DNA of 64,000 nucleotides from an uncultured Gemmatimonadaceae bacterium (GCA_963843845.1 CAWJMB010000002.1:1600001-1664000), one strand, 5' to 3'. Positions 9,845-22,840 are shown, counted from the first letter of the stretch. Numbers and translations: made by a program. The notes: a model not told the origin generated them from the letters alone.

Positions 9845-10777
9845 ATGACTGCCTCGCCCGTTCTCGACCACCTCGCCGCGCTCGCCGACCCCACCCGGGG
9901 GCGGCTTCTGCTCGCGCTCGATCGACACGAGCTCGCGGTCACCGAGCTGGCGTCGGCGCTGCAGCTGCCGCAGTCGACGGTGAGCCGGCACCTGAAGACG
10001 CTCGCCGACGCCGGGTGGGTCACGGCGCGCAGCGACGGCACGAGTCGCCGTTACCGGATGGCCGGCGCGCTCGATGGGGCCGCGAAGGGGCTCTGGGCGG
10101 CGGTGCGCGATCCACTCGCGTCGCAGCCGTCGGCGGCGGTCGACGCGGCGCGCCTGCGCGTCGTGCTCGACGAGCGGCGCGCGGCGACGCGAGCGTTCTT
10201 CTCGTCCGCGGCCGCGCGCTGGGATCGCGTGCGCGCCGACCTCTTCGGCTCGCGCGTCGACCAGGCGACGTTGCTCGCGCTGCTCGATCCGAAGGTCGTC
10301 GTCGGCGACCTGGGCTGCGGCACCGGCGCGGTGAGCGACGTGCTCGCGCCGTTCGTGCGGCAGGTCATCGCCGTCGATGACAACGCCGCGATGCTCGCCG
10401 AGGCGCGCCGCCGACTCGACGGACGTACCAACGTCGAGGTACGCGACGGCGCCCTCGAGGCCCTTCCGCTCGACGACGCGTCCCTCGACGTCGCGCTCGT
10501 CGTGCTCGCGCTGCACTACGCACCCGAGCCGCAGCGCGTGCTGCACGAGACGGCGCGCGCGCTGCGCCCCGGCGGTCGGCTCGCGCTCCTCGACATGCTG
10601 CCGCACGACCGTGAGGCGTACCGCGCCGAGATGGGGCACGTGTGGCTCGGCTTCGAGGTGAGCGACATCGAGCGGTGGCTCCGCGAGGCCGGCTTCGCGT
10701 CGGCGCGCATCGTCCCGCTCGCGCACGACTCGGCCGCGAAGGGCCCGCCGCTGTTCGCCGCATCGGCCGTTCGTTAG
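9845..10777 (+). CDS. sahR: ArsR-family HTH fused to SAM-methyltransferase domain (SahR-type SAM-cycle repressor)
   Basis: 'ALADPTRGRLL...LPQSTVSRHLKTL' followed by 'DLGCGTG' and 'MGHVWLGF'; lies directly upstream of ahcY. Confidence 0.85.
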   Translation: MTASPVLDHLAALADPTRGRLLLALDRHELAVTELASALQLPQSTVSRHLKTLADAGWVTARSDGTSRRYRMAGALDGAAKGLWAAVRDPLASQPSAAVDAARLRVVLDERRAATRAFFSSAAARWDRVRADLFGSRVDQATLLALLDPKVVVGDLGCGTGAVSDVLAPFVRQVIAVDDNAAMLAEARRRLDGRTNVEVRDGALEALPLDDASLDVALVVLALHYAPEPQRVLHETARALRPGGRLALLDMLPHDREAYRAEMGHVWLGFEVSDIERWLREAGFASARIVPLAHDSAAKGPPLFAASAVR

Positions 10778-10817
10778 GCAGTTCCGTTAGGCATTCCTCC
10801 TCAACCCAGAGTCTTCG

Positions 10818-12300
<1,483 letters not shown>

Positions 12301-12399
12301 GCGTCAGGCGACGTCGCGGCGATCGAGACGTGGCCGGCGGACACCAGGTGGGTCCGCCGGCCGCTTCGACGCCGAACGACGGCACGCGGCCGAACGCGA

Positions 12400-13587
12400 T
12401 CAGACGCCGGCCGGCGTCCGAGCGGCGGCGGCGAGGTGCGCCAACGCCGCCACCGCCTGCGTCAGCACCTCCACGGGTCGTACGAAGGAGATCCGGAAGT
12501 AGCCTGCGCCGCCTGGACCGAACGCGAGCCCCGGTGCGACGACGACGCCTGTCTCGTCGAGCACGGCGTTCACCCATCCCCAGTCGTCGTACCCGGCCGG
12601 CACCGGCAGCCAGGCGTACATCGCGGCGTGGGGCGGGGTGACCTCCCACCCGGCCTGCGCGAGCGCGCCGTAGATCGCGTCGCGACGTCGCCCGTACTCG
12701 GCCACCACGGGCGGAACGAGCGAGACGTGGTGCGTGAACGCCGCGGCACCGGCGGCCTGCGCGACCCAGGGCACGCCATAGCCGACGTTCGAGCGGTACG
12801 CCGTGAGCGCGTCGATCAGGTCGCCGTTCCCGACCGCGAAGCCGATGCGGAGGCCGGCCATGTTGAACGTCTTCGAGCACGAGTGGAACTCGACCGCGAC
12901 GTCCATCGCGCCGTCGATCTCCAGAATGCTCGGCGCCACGTAGCCGTCGTACGTCAGCTCGCTGTAGGCGAGGTCGCTCAGCAGGAGCAATCCGTGCTCG
13001 CGCGCGAACGAGACCGCGCGCTCCAGGAAGGCGCGGTCGGCGACGGCGCCGGTCGGATTGTTCGGGTAGTTCACGACGAGCACTTTCGCACGCGCGAGGA
13101 CGTCGGACGGCACGGCGTCGAAGTCCGGGAGGAAGCTCGGCGCGGCCACCGGCATGAAGTGCACGCGCGCACCGTGGAGCAGCGGCGCGCGACCGTAGAC
13201 CGGGTAGTACACGTCAGGGACGAGCGCGACGTCGCCGGGCGCGCAGTACGCGGCGATGAGTTGCGCGATCCCCTCCTTGGATCCGCTGAGCGCGACGAGC
13301 TGTCGCGCGGGGTCGACCGTCAGGCCGAACCGCTCCGCGAGGAAGCGCTGCGTGGCGCCGAGGAACTCGGGCGTGCCGCGGAACGGCGGGTACCCGTGGC
13401 GGCTCGCGTCGGCCATCGCGCGCTGCACCGCGTCGACGACGGGCGGCGGCGTCGGCTGGTCGGGGCTCCCGATTCCGAGATCGACGAGTGATCGCCCGCG
13501 CGCGCGGGCAGCGGCCTTCAGCTCGTCGAGCTGCGCGAAGACGTACGGCGGAAGCTGGGCGAGCGACGCGATGGGGTTGGGAGGCAC
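12400..13587 (-). CDS. class I/II PLP-dependent aminotransferase (LL-diaminopimelate aminotransferase-like)
   Basis: 'LPPYVFAQLDELK', 'DLGIGSPD', 'GSKEGI', 'NYPNNPTG', 'DLAYSEL', 'EFHSCSKTFNMAGLRIG'. Confidence 0.88.
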   Translation of the reverse strand: MPPNPIASLAQLPPYVFAQLDELKAAARARGRSLVDLGIGSPDQPTPPPVVDAVQRAMADASRHGYPPFRGTPEFLGATQRFLAERFGLTVDPARQLVALSGSKEGIAQLIAAYCAPGDVALVPDVYYPVYGRAPLLHGARVHFMPVAAPSFLPDFDAVPSDVLARAKVLVVNYPNNPTGAVADRAFLERAVSFAREHGLLLLSDLAYSELTYDGYVAPSILEIDGAMDVAVEFHSCSKTFNMAGLRIGFAVGNGDLIDALTAYRSNVGYGVPWVAQAAGAAAFTHHVSLVPPVVAEYGRRRDAIYGALAQAGWEVTPPHAAMYAWLPVPAGYDDWGWVNAVLDETGVVVAPGLAFGPGGAGYFRISFVRPVEVLTQAVAALAHLAAAARTPAGV

Positions 13588-13713
13588 GGAATGACGGGCG
13601 AAGGTGGCGCGAGATGCGGGCGCGGCAGCGGCGGCGACTCCAGAGTCATAACTTAGAGCTCTCTGTCGCACGTCGCTGTCGGGGACGTTCCGCACGCTCA
13701 TCTCGGAGATTCG

Positions 13714-15003
13714 GTGATGATTCTGCACCGCCTGCTCGTTCCGCTCGTGCCGGCTGTCGGCGCCGCGGCGCTGCTGTTCGACGCGCCGCATGGTCCTTCT
13801 GCAACACACCGCCCGAAGCCGCAGTGCGCGCCAGGCAACGGGGGCATGACGCTCCCGCCCGGTTTCTGCGCGACGATCTTCGCCGACTCGACGGGGAGCG
13901 CGCGGCACCTCGCCGTCGCACCGAACGGCGACGTGCTCGTGAACCGGCGCGGGCGCGCGGCGGCCGGTGGCGTGGTCGTGCTGCGCGACACCGACGGTGA
14001 CGGCAGGGCCGACACGCGCACGAAGTTCGGCGTGCGCGGCGGGACCGGCATCGCGATCGCTCCCGGCTGGGTCTACGTCGACGAGAGCGATCGCATCGTG
14101 CGCTATCCGTGGAAGGCGGGCGCCATGGAGCCGAGTGGCGAGCCGCAGATCGTCGTGAGCGGGCTGCCGACCGGCGGGCACGACGCCCGCAACATGGTGC
14201 TCGACGGGCGCGGCAATCTGTACGTCAACGTCGGCTCGACGTCGAACTCGTGTCAGCTCGAGGAGCGGAAGGCGCAGGTGAAGGGTGCCGATCCGTGCGT
14301 GGAGCTCGAGACGCGCGCCGGCATCTGGCGGTTCCGCGCCGACGTGCAGAATCAGGCGTTCACGCCGGGCGCGCGCTACGCCACCGGCCTGCGCAACGGG
14401 ATGGGCTTCGCGATGAACCCCGCCGACGGCGCGCTGTACGCCGGCACGCACGGCCGCGACGGGCTCGCGCAGCAGTGGGGCCGCTCGAACGAGGAGGGCG
14501 CCGAGCTGCCCGCCGAGGAAGTCGTGCGCATCCAGCAGGGCACGGACGCCGGGTGGCCGTACTGTTACTACGACGGCCAGCAGAAGAAGCTCGTGCTCGC
14601 GCCGGAGTATGGCGGCGACGGGCGGGAGGTCGGCCGCTGCGCCGGGAAGGCGCAGCCGGTCGTCGCGTTCCCCGCGCACTGGGCGCCGATGTCGGCGCTG
14701 TTCTACACGGGGCGCACGTTCCCCGCGAAATATCGCAACGGAATGTTCATCGCGTTCCACGGCTCGTGGAATCGGGCCCCGCTGCCGCAGCAGGGCTATC
14801 GCGTCGCCTTCGCGCCGATGACGCGCAACGCCTTCAGCGGCGCGTACGAGACGTTCGCCGGCGACTTCAACGCGCGCGAGGTCGTGAACGGCGCACGCGC
14901 CGACTACCGCCCGGTGGGGCTAGCCCAGGCGCCGGACGGCAGCATCTACGTGTCGGACGACACGAAGGGGCGCATCTGGAAGATCGTCTACACCGGCAAC
15001 TAA
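13714..15003 (+). CDS. PQQ-dependent sugar / L-sorbosone dehydrogenase family protein
   Basis: Signal peptide, 'LPPGFCATIFAD', 'ATGLRNGMG', 'GWPYCYYD', 'AFHGSWNR', 'RPVGLAQAPDGSIYVSDD'. Confidence 0.88.
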   Translation: MMILHRLLVPLVPAVGAAALLFDAPHGPSATHRPKPQCAPGNGGMTLPPGFCATIFADSTGSARHLAVAPNGDVLVNRRGRAAAGGVVVLRDTDGDGRADTRTKFGVRGGTGIAIAPGWVYVDESDRIVRYPWKAGAMEPSGEPQIVVSGLPTGGHDARNMVLDGRGNLYVNVGSTSNSCQLEERKAQVKGADPCVELETRAGIWRFRADVQNQAFTPGARYATGLRNGMGFAMNPADGALYAGTHGRDGLAQQWGRSNEEGAELPAEEVVRIQQGTDAGWPYCYYDGQQKKLVLAPEYGGDGREVGRCAGKAQPVVAFPAHWAPMSALFYTGRTFPAKYRNGMFIAFHGSWNRAPLPQQGYRVAFAPMTRNAFSGAYETFAGDFNAREVVNGARADYRPVGLAQAPDGSIYVSDDTKGRIWKIVYTGN

Positions 15004-15015
15004 ATCGGACTCAGG

Positions 15016-16143
15016 ATGTCGACACGACTTCAGCAACTCCACGCCGCCGGCCAGTCGATCTGGCTCGACTACATCGACCGCACGATGCTGTTCGACGGAG
15101 ATCTCGAGCGGCGCATCCGCGACGACGCGCTCACCGGGATGACGTCGAACCCGTCCATCTTCGAGAAAGCGCTGGCCGAGGGCACGGCCTACGACGAACA
15201 GCTCGCCGGGATCGCGGCCGGGACGAAGGCGTGGACGGTGTTCGAGGCCATCGAGACGCGCGACGTGCAGCGCGCATGCGATCTGTTCCTGCCGGTCTAC
15301 GAGGCGACCAACGGTGAGGACGGGTACGTGTCGATCGAGGTGTCGCCGGGTGTCGCGAACGACCCGCACGCGACCGCCGAGGAAGGGCGCGGGCTCTGGC
15401 GCACGGTCGCGCGACCGAATGTCATGATCAAGGTGCCGGGCACCGAGAGCGGCGCGAACGCCGTGCGCGAGCTGCTCACCGACGGCATCAACGTCAACGT
15501 GACACTGCTGTTCAGCGTCGACGCGCACCGTCGCGTGATGGAGGCGTACATCGCTGCGCTCGAGGCGCGCGCCGCCGCCGGCCAGCCGCTCGATCGTGTG
15601 GCGAGCGTCGCGAGCTTCTTCGTCAGCCGTGTGGACAGTGAGGTCGACAGGCGGCTCGACGCCGCGATGGCTTCGCTTCCCGACGATCGGAAGGCGCACG
15701 CGGCGGCGCTCAAGGGGAAGGCCGCGATCGCCAACGCCAAGCTCGCGTACAAGGCGTTCCAGGAGACGTTCTCGGGCCCCCGCTGGGCGGCGCTCGCGGC
15801 ACGCGGCGCCCGCGTGCAGCGCCCGCTGTGGGCGAGCACGAGCACGAAGAACCCCGCGTACCGCGACGTGATGTACGTCGAGCAGCTCGTCGGTCCGGAC
15901 ACGGTGAACACGATGCCGCCGGCGACGCTCGACGCGTTCCGCGACCACGGTGAGACGGCGCGCACGGTGGACGCCGACGTCGACGCCGCGGAGCGGACGA
16001 TGGCCGATCTCGCATCGTACGGCATCGACATGCGCGCCGTCACCGACAAGCTGCTCGTCGAGGGCATCGCGTCGTTCCAGAAGTCGTTCGACGGGCTGAT
16101 CGGCGGACTCGAGACGAAGTTGGCGGCACTCGCAGCCCGGTAG
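15016..16143 (+). CDS. tal: transaldolase (type 2)
   Basis: GQSIWLDYI, TSNPSIF, VSIEVSP, NVMIKVP, NVNVTLLFS, SVASFFVSRVD, RPLWASTSTKNP. Confidence 0.95.
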   Translation: MSTRLQQLHAAGQSIWLDYIDRTMLFDGDLERRIRDDALTGMTSNPSIFEKALAEGTAYDEQLAGIAAGTKAWTVFEAIETRDVQRACDLFLPVYEATNGEDGYVSIEVSPGVANDPHATAEEGRGLWRTVARPNVMIKVPGTESGANAVRELLTDGINVNVTLLFSVDAHRRVMEAYIAALEARAAAGQPLDRVASVASFFVSRVDSEVDRRLDAAMASLPDDRKAHAAALKGKAAIANAKLAYKAFQETFSGPRWAALAARGARVQRPLWASTSTKNPAYRDVMYVEQLVGPDTVNTMPPATLDAFRDHGETARTVDADVDAAERTMADLASYGIDMRAVTDKLLVEGIASFQKSFDGLIGGLETKLAALAAR

Positions 16144-16153
16144 GCGCCCGCCC

Positions 16154-18697
16154 ATGCGCATCCGCCCGCTGCTCGCGCTCGTCGTGCTCGCCGGCACGCT
16201 CTACGCCGGCGCCCGGCCGGCCGGGCCGCTGCCGGCGCTGGGCCCGCTGCTCGACCCCGTGCATGGCCTCTGGTCCGCCACGTCGGGCGCCGCACCCACG
16301 CCGAAGGCTGGCGGCGCGGTGGTCCTCCCCGGCCTCGGCGACTCGGTCCGGGTGGTGTACGACTCGCGCGCCGTGCCGCACATCTTCGCCGCGCGCGAGG
16401 ACGACGCCTACCGCGCGCTCGGCTACGTGGTCGCCCGCGACCGGCTCTTCCAGATGTTCGTGCAGACGCTCGCGGGGAGTGGGCGTCTCACCGAGATGGG
16501 CGGCGCGCGCGTGCTGGCGCTGGACCGTGAGACGCGCCGCCTCGGGCTGCCGTGGGCTGCCGACCGCAAACTCCGCGCGGCCGACACGACGAGCGCCGCG
16601 TGGCGTCACCTCGTCGCCTATGCCGACGGCGTGAACGCCTACGTGGACGCGATGCGCCCGAGCGACGTGCCGATGGAGTTCCGCCTGCTCGGCCTCACGC
16701 CGCCACGGTGGGCACCGATCAACTCCATGCACCTGCTGAACCGGATGGGGTACACGCTCGCCGACATCGACCCGGAGCTGGATCGGGCGATGGCAGCGGC
16801 GCGCGTCGGCGTCGCGGCGGCGGAGGCGCTGTTCCCGGTCGCGGAGCCGATCGTCGAGCCGATCCAGCCGAACGGCGTCGGCGCGCCGCGCTACGATTTT
16901 CACGCGCTCCCGCCGCCGGGCGAGCCGGACCCGGACGCCTCGAGCGTCGCGCGCCTCACGAGCGCCGCGTTTCCGAGCCGGATCGCGGCGCGCTTCGATC
17001 GCGCCTTCAGCGGCGAGCCGTCGACGATGGCGAGCAACAACTGGGCGGTGGCGCCGCGCCGCACCCGGAACGGCTTCGCCCTGCTCGCGGGCGACCCGCA
17101 CCTCGAGCTCACGCTTCCGTCGATCTGGTACGAGGTCCACCTCGTCGTTCCCGGATCGCTCGACATCTACGGCGTGACGATTCCAGGGGCTCCCGGCGTC
17201 GTCATCGGCTTCAATCGCGACGTCGCGTGGACGTTCACGAACACCGGCGCCGACGTGATGGACTTCTGGGCCGAGCAGGTGGACGATCCGGCACGGCCCA
17301 CGAAGTACATGCTCGATGGTGCGTGGCGCCCGCTCGAACGGCGCGTCGAGACCTACCGCGCGGCGACCGGCGGGACGCTCGCCACCGACACGATGTACTT
17401 CACGCACCGCGGGCCGCTGCAGCGTCGCGACGGCCGGTGGGTGTCGATGCGGTGGACCGTGCTCGAGCCATCCGACGAGATCGGCGCCTTCCAGGCAGCC
17501 GCGCACACGACGACGGCGGCCGAGTGGCAGGCGACCGTCGCGGCGACCTACTGGGCGCCTGCGCAGAACATGCTCGTCGCCGACCGCCGGGGCTCGATCA
17601 CGATCCGCTCGACCGGCCACTTTCCCGTCCGCGCCGACGACGGCAGCGGGCTCACGGTTCGCGACGGTACGACTTCGGCGAGCGACTGGCGCGGCTACCT
17701 GCCCGTCGCGCAGTACCCGCAGTCGTTCGACCCGCCGCAAGGGTACCTCGCCTCGGCGAACCAGCAGCCGATCGACCCGCGCGCGACGACCGCGTACCTC
17801 GGCGGCAGCTACGATCCGTGGCGTGCGCTGCACATCAACCGCCTGCTGCGGGCGGACTCGCAGGTCACGCCCGACGCGATGCGCCGCTACCAGACCGATC
17901 CGGGGAGCGCACGCGCCGACTACTTCGTGCCGTATCTGCTGGGCGCGGCGCGACGTGCCCCGCCGGGGGTCGACGCGGCGCGCCTGAGGGAAGCCGCGCG
18001 ACTGCTCGCCCAGTGGGACCGCCGCTACACGAAGGACGACACACGCGCCGTGCTGTTCGAGCAGGCGATGCGCGAACTCACCGTCCGCACCTGGGACGAG
18101 CTCGACGATCCGGCGGGGCGGCCGCGCCGGGCCGTCGGCGCGTTCGGCGAGCCGTCGACGGCGCCGCCGCGCGCGGTCAGCGCGTCGAGCGCGGTGCTCG
18201 CCGAGCTGCTGGCCGACTCGACGAGCGTGTGGTGGGACGTTCGGGCGACGGCGGACCGGGTCGAGCGTCGAGACGACGTGCTCGCGACGAGCCTCGCGGC
18301 CGCGCTCGACAGCGTGACGCGGAAGTTCGGCGCACCCGACGCGGGGGGCTGGACGTGGGGCCGCGTTCGACACGCGCAGATCCGTCACCTGCTGCAGCTC
18401 CCCGCCCTGAGCGCGCTCGATGTCGCCGTGCAGAGCGGACCGAGTACGCTCGCGCCCTCGAGTGGCAGCGGCACGCACGGGCCGAGCTGGCGCATGGTCG
18501 TCGAGCTCGGCCCCGAGGTCCGCGCGAGCACGATCTATCCGGGCGGCCAGTCGGGGAATCCGCTCAGCGCGCGGTACCGCGATCGTGTCGCGGCCTGGGC
18601 GGCCGGCGAGCTGGAGCCCGCGCTCGTGCCGAAGTCGGCGGCCGATCTGACGGCCGCGCAGACGACCGGCAGTCTCACCCTCGTTCCGCGCCGGTAG
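16154..18697 (+). CDS. penicillin acylase family (Ntn hydrolase) protein
   Basis: 'VPHIFA', 'ARDRLFQM', catalytic 'ASNNWAV', 'GDPHLEL', 'PGGQSGNP'. Confidence 0.92.
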   Translation: MRIRPLLALVVLAGTLYAGARPAGPLPALGPLLDPVHGLWSATSGAAPTPKAGGAVVLPGLGDSVRVVYDSRAVPHIFAAREDDAYRALGYVVARDRLFQMFVQTLAGSGRLTEMGGARVLALDRETRRLGLPWAADRKLRAADTTSAAWRHLVAYADGVNAYVDAMRPSDVPMEFRLLGLTPPRWAPINSMHLLNRMGYTLADIDPELDRAMAAARVGVAAAEALFPVAEPIVEPIQPNGVGAPRYDFHALPPPGEPDPDASSVARLTSAAFPSRIAARFDRAFSGEPSTMASNNWAVAPRRTRNGFALLAGDPHLELTLPSIWYEVHLVVPGSLDIYGVTIPGAPGVVIGFNRDVAWTFTNTGADVMDFWAEQVDDPARPTKYMLDGAWRPLERRVETYRAATGGTLATDTMYFTHRGPLQRRDGRWVSMRWTVLEPSDEIGAFQAAAHTTTAAEWQATVAATYWAPAQNMLVADRRGSITIRSTGHFPVRADDGSGLTVRDGTTSASDWRGYLPVAQYPQSFDPPQGYLASANQQPIDPRATTAYLGGSYDPWRALHINRLLRADSQVTPDAMRRYQTDPGSARADYFVPYLLGAARRAPPGVDAARLREAARLLAQWDRRYTKDDTRAVLFEQAMRELTVRTWDELDDPAGRPRRAVGAFGEPSTAPPRAVSASSAVLAELLADSTSVWWDVRATADRVERRDDVLATSLAAALDSVTRKFGAPDAGGWTWGRVRHAQIRHLLQLPALSALDVAVQSGPSTLAPSSGSGTHGPSWRMVVELGPEVRASTIYPGGQSGNPLSARYRDRVAAWAAGELEPALVPKSAADLTAAQTTGSLTLVPRR

Positions 18698-18706
18698 GCA
18701 CCGACC

Positions 18707-19099
18707 ATGCGATTCCTCGCACTCGTCGCTCTGGCCGTCGCGTTCGCCGCGGGCACGTGGCTCGTGGCGTGGTGGGCCGTTCCGGCGCTCGCGCTCGTCT
18801 GGGGGCTCGCGGCCGGGCGGATGCGCGGACACGCGTGGCGTGCCGCCGTCGCGGCCGCGGCGGCGTGGCTCGCGCTCCTGATCGTCGACGCGGCCGGGGG
18901 GCCGCTCCTCGCCCTCGGCACGCTGTTCGGTGCGGTCGCGAACGTGCCGTCGGCGGTGTTCTTCGCGCTCACGCTCCTGTTCCCCGGCGTGCTCGCGTGG
19001 AGTGCCGCGGCGCTCGGCGGAAGCGTGTGGCCGCGGGCGACGCCCGGCCAGCCCGAGCGCCGGTACGTCCCCGCGTCGCAGGTGCTCGGCGAGCGATAG
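18707..19099 (+). CDS. hypothetical membrane protein
   Basis: Highly hydrophobic 130-aa ORF packed between the acylase gene and pyk. Confidence 0.7.
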   Translation: MRFLALVALAVAFAAGTWLVAWWAVPALALVWGLAAGRMRGHAWRAAVAAAAAWLALLIVDAAGGPLLALGTLFGAVANVPSAVFFALTLLFPGVLAWSAAALGGSVWPRATPGQPERRYVPASQVLGER

Positions 19100-19149
19100 T
19101 CGGCGCTGATTACCTTGGTGCGTCCTTCATTCACAGCGCCTTCCCGAAC

Positions 19150-20591
19150 GTGTCGAAATTCCAGCCGCGCACCAAAGTCGTCGGTACGTTGGGCCCTGCC
19201 AGCTCGTCGCGTGAGACGATCCGTGCGCTGATCGAGGCCGGGCTCAACGTCGCCCGCATCAACTTCTCGCACGGCACACACGACCAGCACGCGGCGCGCA
19301 TTCGCCTCGTCCGGGAGATCGCCACCGAGCTCGAATTGCCCGGTCGCGATCCTCGGCGACCTGCAGGGGCCGCGCATCCGGATCGGTGACCTCGAGATCC
19401 CGGTGCCGCTCGCGGTCGGGGAGGACGTCGTGCTGTATCCGGAGGGAGAGCCGGCGAGCACGACGACGCGCACCGCCCGACAGCTGCCGATCACGTACGA
19501 GGCGCTCGCCGACGACGTGAAGGAAGGGGACCGCATCCTCGTGGACGACGGCCTCATCGAGATGACCGTCGTCGAGGTGAACGGTCGCCGAGTGCACGCA
19601 CGCGTCGTGCACGGCGGACCGGTGAAGAGCCACAAGGGGATGAACCTCCCGGGCGTGAACGTCTCCGCGCCGTCGATGACCGAGAAGGACTACGCCGACG
19701 CGCAGTTCGCAGTCGAGCAGGACATCGACTACCTCGCGCTGAGCTTCGTGCGGCGCGCGGACGACGTGCAGTCGCTGCGCGCGGTGCTGCCGAAGCACAT
19801 GCTCATCGTCGCGAAGATCGAGAAGGACCAGGCGCTCGACAACATCGACGAGATCCTCCGCGCGTCCGACGGCGTCATGGTCGCGCGCGGCGACCTCGGC
19901 GTCGAGCTGCCGTTCGAGCGCGTGCCGCTCGCGCAGAAGCAGATCATCGACCTCGCGAAGACGCTGGGCCGGCCGGTGATCACGGCGACGCAGATGCTCG
20001 AGTCGATGATCGAGCACCCGCGCCCGACGCGCGCCGAGGCGAGCGACGTGGCGAACGCGATCCTCGACGGCACCGACGCGGTCATGCTCTCGGCGGAGAC
20101 GGCGGCGGGGAAGTACCCGCTGCTCTCGGTGCAGGCCATGCAGCGCATCATCCGCGAGATCGAGGAGCATCCGACGCTGCTCCCGACGCTGCGCGAGGAG
20201 CGGCGCGCGCGCGGCGCGTTCGTCGCGACGGAGAATGCGATCGCCGCGGCGACGGTGGCCGCGGCGCGCCAGCTCAGCACGCCGCTCGTCTGCGTGTTCA
20301 CGAAGAGCGGCTTCGCGGCGCGCGTGGTGGCGTCGCATCGCCCGCCGGTGCCCGATGCTCGCGCTCACCGATAGTCCGAAGACGATGCGCCAACTCGCGC
20401 TCGTCTGGGGCGTCGTTCCCGAGCTCGTGCCGCACCAGCACTCGTACGAGGAGATGATCGGCGTCGCGCTCGACGCGGCGGTGCGCCGCGAACTGGCCGT
20501 CCCCGGCGACCGCGTCGTCGTGACGGCAGGCGTTCCGTTCGACGAGCCGGGAACGACGAACACGATGAAGGTCGAAGTGGTGCCGCGTTAG
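19150..20591 (+). CDS. pyk: pyruvate kinase; frameshifts near 19340 and 20352
   Basis: RTKVVGTLGPAS, NVARINFSHG, KGMNLPG, VAKIE, MVARGDLGVE, ATQMLESM, DAVMLSAETA, LVWGV, GTTNTMKV. Confidence 0.95.
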
Positions 20592-20614
20592 GCATCACGA
20601 GGCGACGCTCGGCG

Positions 20615-21393
20615 ATGCGGCTCACCTTTCTCGGTACCGGTACGAGCTTCGGCGTGCCGCAGATCGGCTGCGAGTGCGCCGTCTGCCGCTCGCCCGATCC
20701 GCGCGACCGGCGCACGCGCGTCGGCGCGCTCGTCGAGACCGACACCGGCGAGCGCCTCCTCGTCGACACTCCGACCGAGCTGCGCCTGCAGCTCATCGCC
20801 GCGGCCGTGTCGCGGATCGACGCGGTGCTCTACACGCACGACCACGCCGACCACACGCACGGCATCGACGACCTGCGCGCCTTCTCGGCGGCGAGCGGCA
20901 CCCCCCTGCCCGTGTACGGCTCCGCGCAGACGATCGGGGCGCTCGCGCGGAAGTTCCCGTACATCTTCGACGAGTCGCTGAAGGCGCTGCCCGGGCACGT
21001 ACAAGCCCGAGGCGCACGCCCACGCGCTCGCGCCGAACGTCGCCGTCGACGTCGTCGGCGTGCCGGTGACGCCGTTCGTCGTGCCGCACGGACACGCCGA
21101 CGTGTTCGGCTATCGCATCGGCCCCCTCGGGTATGTGACCGACGCGAAGGCGGTGCCGGCGGCGGCGATCGACATCCTGCGCGGCGTGCGCGTCCTCGTC
21201 ATCAACGCGCTCTTCCGGACACCGCATCCGACGCACCTCAGCATTCCCGAGGCGCTCGAGGTCGCGGAGCGCCGTGGGCGCCGAACGGACGTACATCACG
21301 CACCTGACGCACCGCTACTCGCACGCCGACCTCGAAGCCGACCTGCCACCCGACGTGCGCCCGGCCTACGACGGCCTGACCATCGACGTCTGA
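20615..21393 (+). CDS. MBL-fold metallo-hydrolase (PhnP-like); frameshifted
   Basis: FLGTGTSFGVPQIGCECAVCRS, THDHADHTHGIDDLR, PHPTHLSI, AYDGL. Confidence 0.9.
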
Positions 21394-21399
21394 TCTCGC

Positions 21400-22783
21400 A
21401 TGAGTCTTTCGATCGACTACACGAACATGTTCCTCCCGAGCGCCGTCACCGACGCCGACTGGGCGGACGCCGCGGACCGCTTCCGGGACGCGCACGCGGG
21501 CGTGCGGGCGCGCTACGACCGCGGCGAGCTCGGATTCATCGACCTGCCCGACGACACGGCGCTCGCCGGCCGCACGCTCGACTACGCGGCGGCGGCCGGC
21601 GATCGGTGGGAGGACGTCGTCATCCTCGGCATCGGCGGCTCGGCGTTGGGCCCGATCGCGCTGCGCACGGCGCTCCGGCCGCACGCGTGGAACACGCTGA
21701 CGCCGAGCCGAGCGCGGCGGGAGGCCCCGTCTCACGGTGCTCGACAACGTCGATCCGGAGACGATCGGCGCGGTGCTGGCGCGGCTCGATCTGCGAGCGC
21801 GCGCTGTTCGTCGTCATCTCGAAGTCGGGCGGCACGGCGGAGACGATGGCGCAGTACCTCATCGTCCGCGGACGTCTTGAACGCACACGTCGGCGACCGC
21901 GCGGCGCGAGCACCTCGTGTTCGTCACCGATCCGGCGAAGGGCTCGCTCCGACCGATCGCATCGCGGGAAGGGATCGCGGCCCTCGACATCCCGCCGAAC
22001 GTCGGCGGACGCTTCAGTGTGCTGACCGCGGTGGGTGTGCTTCCTGCGGCGCTGACGGGGATGGATGCGCCCGCGCTGCTCGCCGGGGCGTCCGACATGC
22101 GCAGGCGCTGCGCGACCGACCGAGCTCGCGACGAATCCCGCCGGGACGTTCGCGCTGCTGCAGTGGCTCGCGCACGAGCGACACGGCAAGGGCATCCACG
22201 TCATGATGCCCTACGCCGACCCGCTGCGAGACTTCGCCGCCTGGTTCGTGCAGCTGTGGGCGGAATCGCTGGGCAAGGCGCGGCCGGACGGCACACACGT
22301 CGGTCCCACACCGCTCGCCGCGCTCGGCGCGACCGACCAGCACTCGCAGGTGCAGCTGTTCATGGAGGGCCCGGCGGACAAGACGATCACGTTCATCGAG
22401 GTCGTCGGCCGCACTGCGCTCGGACCGATCCCGCACCTGTACGCCGGACGTCCCCGACCTCGCGTACCTCGGCGGTCATGCGTTCGGCGAGCTGCTCGAC
22501 GCCGAGCGGCGCGCGACGGCGGGAGCGCTCGCGCGGCGCGGACGGCCGAACATGACGATCTCGCTCGACGCGGCGGACGCGTGGCACGTGGGGTCGCTCA
22601 TCTTCCTCTCGAGCTGGCGACCGCGTACGCCGGAGAGCTGTACGGTGTGAACGCCTTCGACCAGCCGGGCGTGGAGCTCGGCAAGCAGTTCACGTACGCG
22701 ATCATGGGCCGCCCCGGGAGCGATGCCGCGCGCGCCGAGTGGGACGCGCTGCCGAAGCCTGACCCGCAGCGCGGCGAGTGTAG
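21400..22783 (+). CDS. pgi: glucose-6-phosphate isomerase; multiple frameshifts
   Basis: [59 protein letters not shown]. Confidence 0.93.
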
Positions 22784-22840
22784 CGGGATTTCTCGTTCCC
22801 GGTTCGACCGTCATTCGCACGACACGCCTCGAGGGCACAG

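Noticed and set aside
10772..10792. Integron attC sites suggested by GTTAGGC/GCCTAAC
   Set aside because: No intI, no paired RYYYAAC...GTTRRRY hairpins at cassette spacing, and most copies lie inside housekeeping genes.
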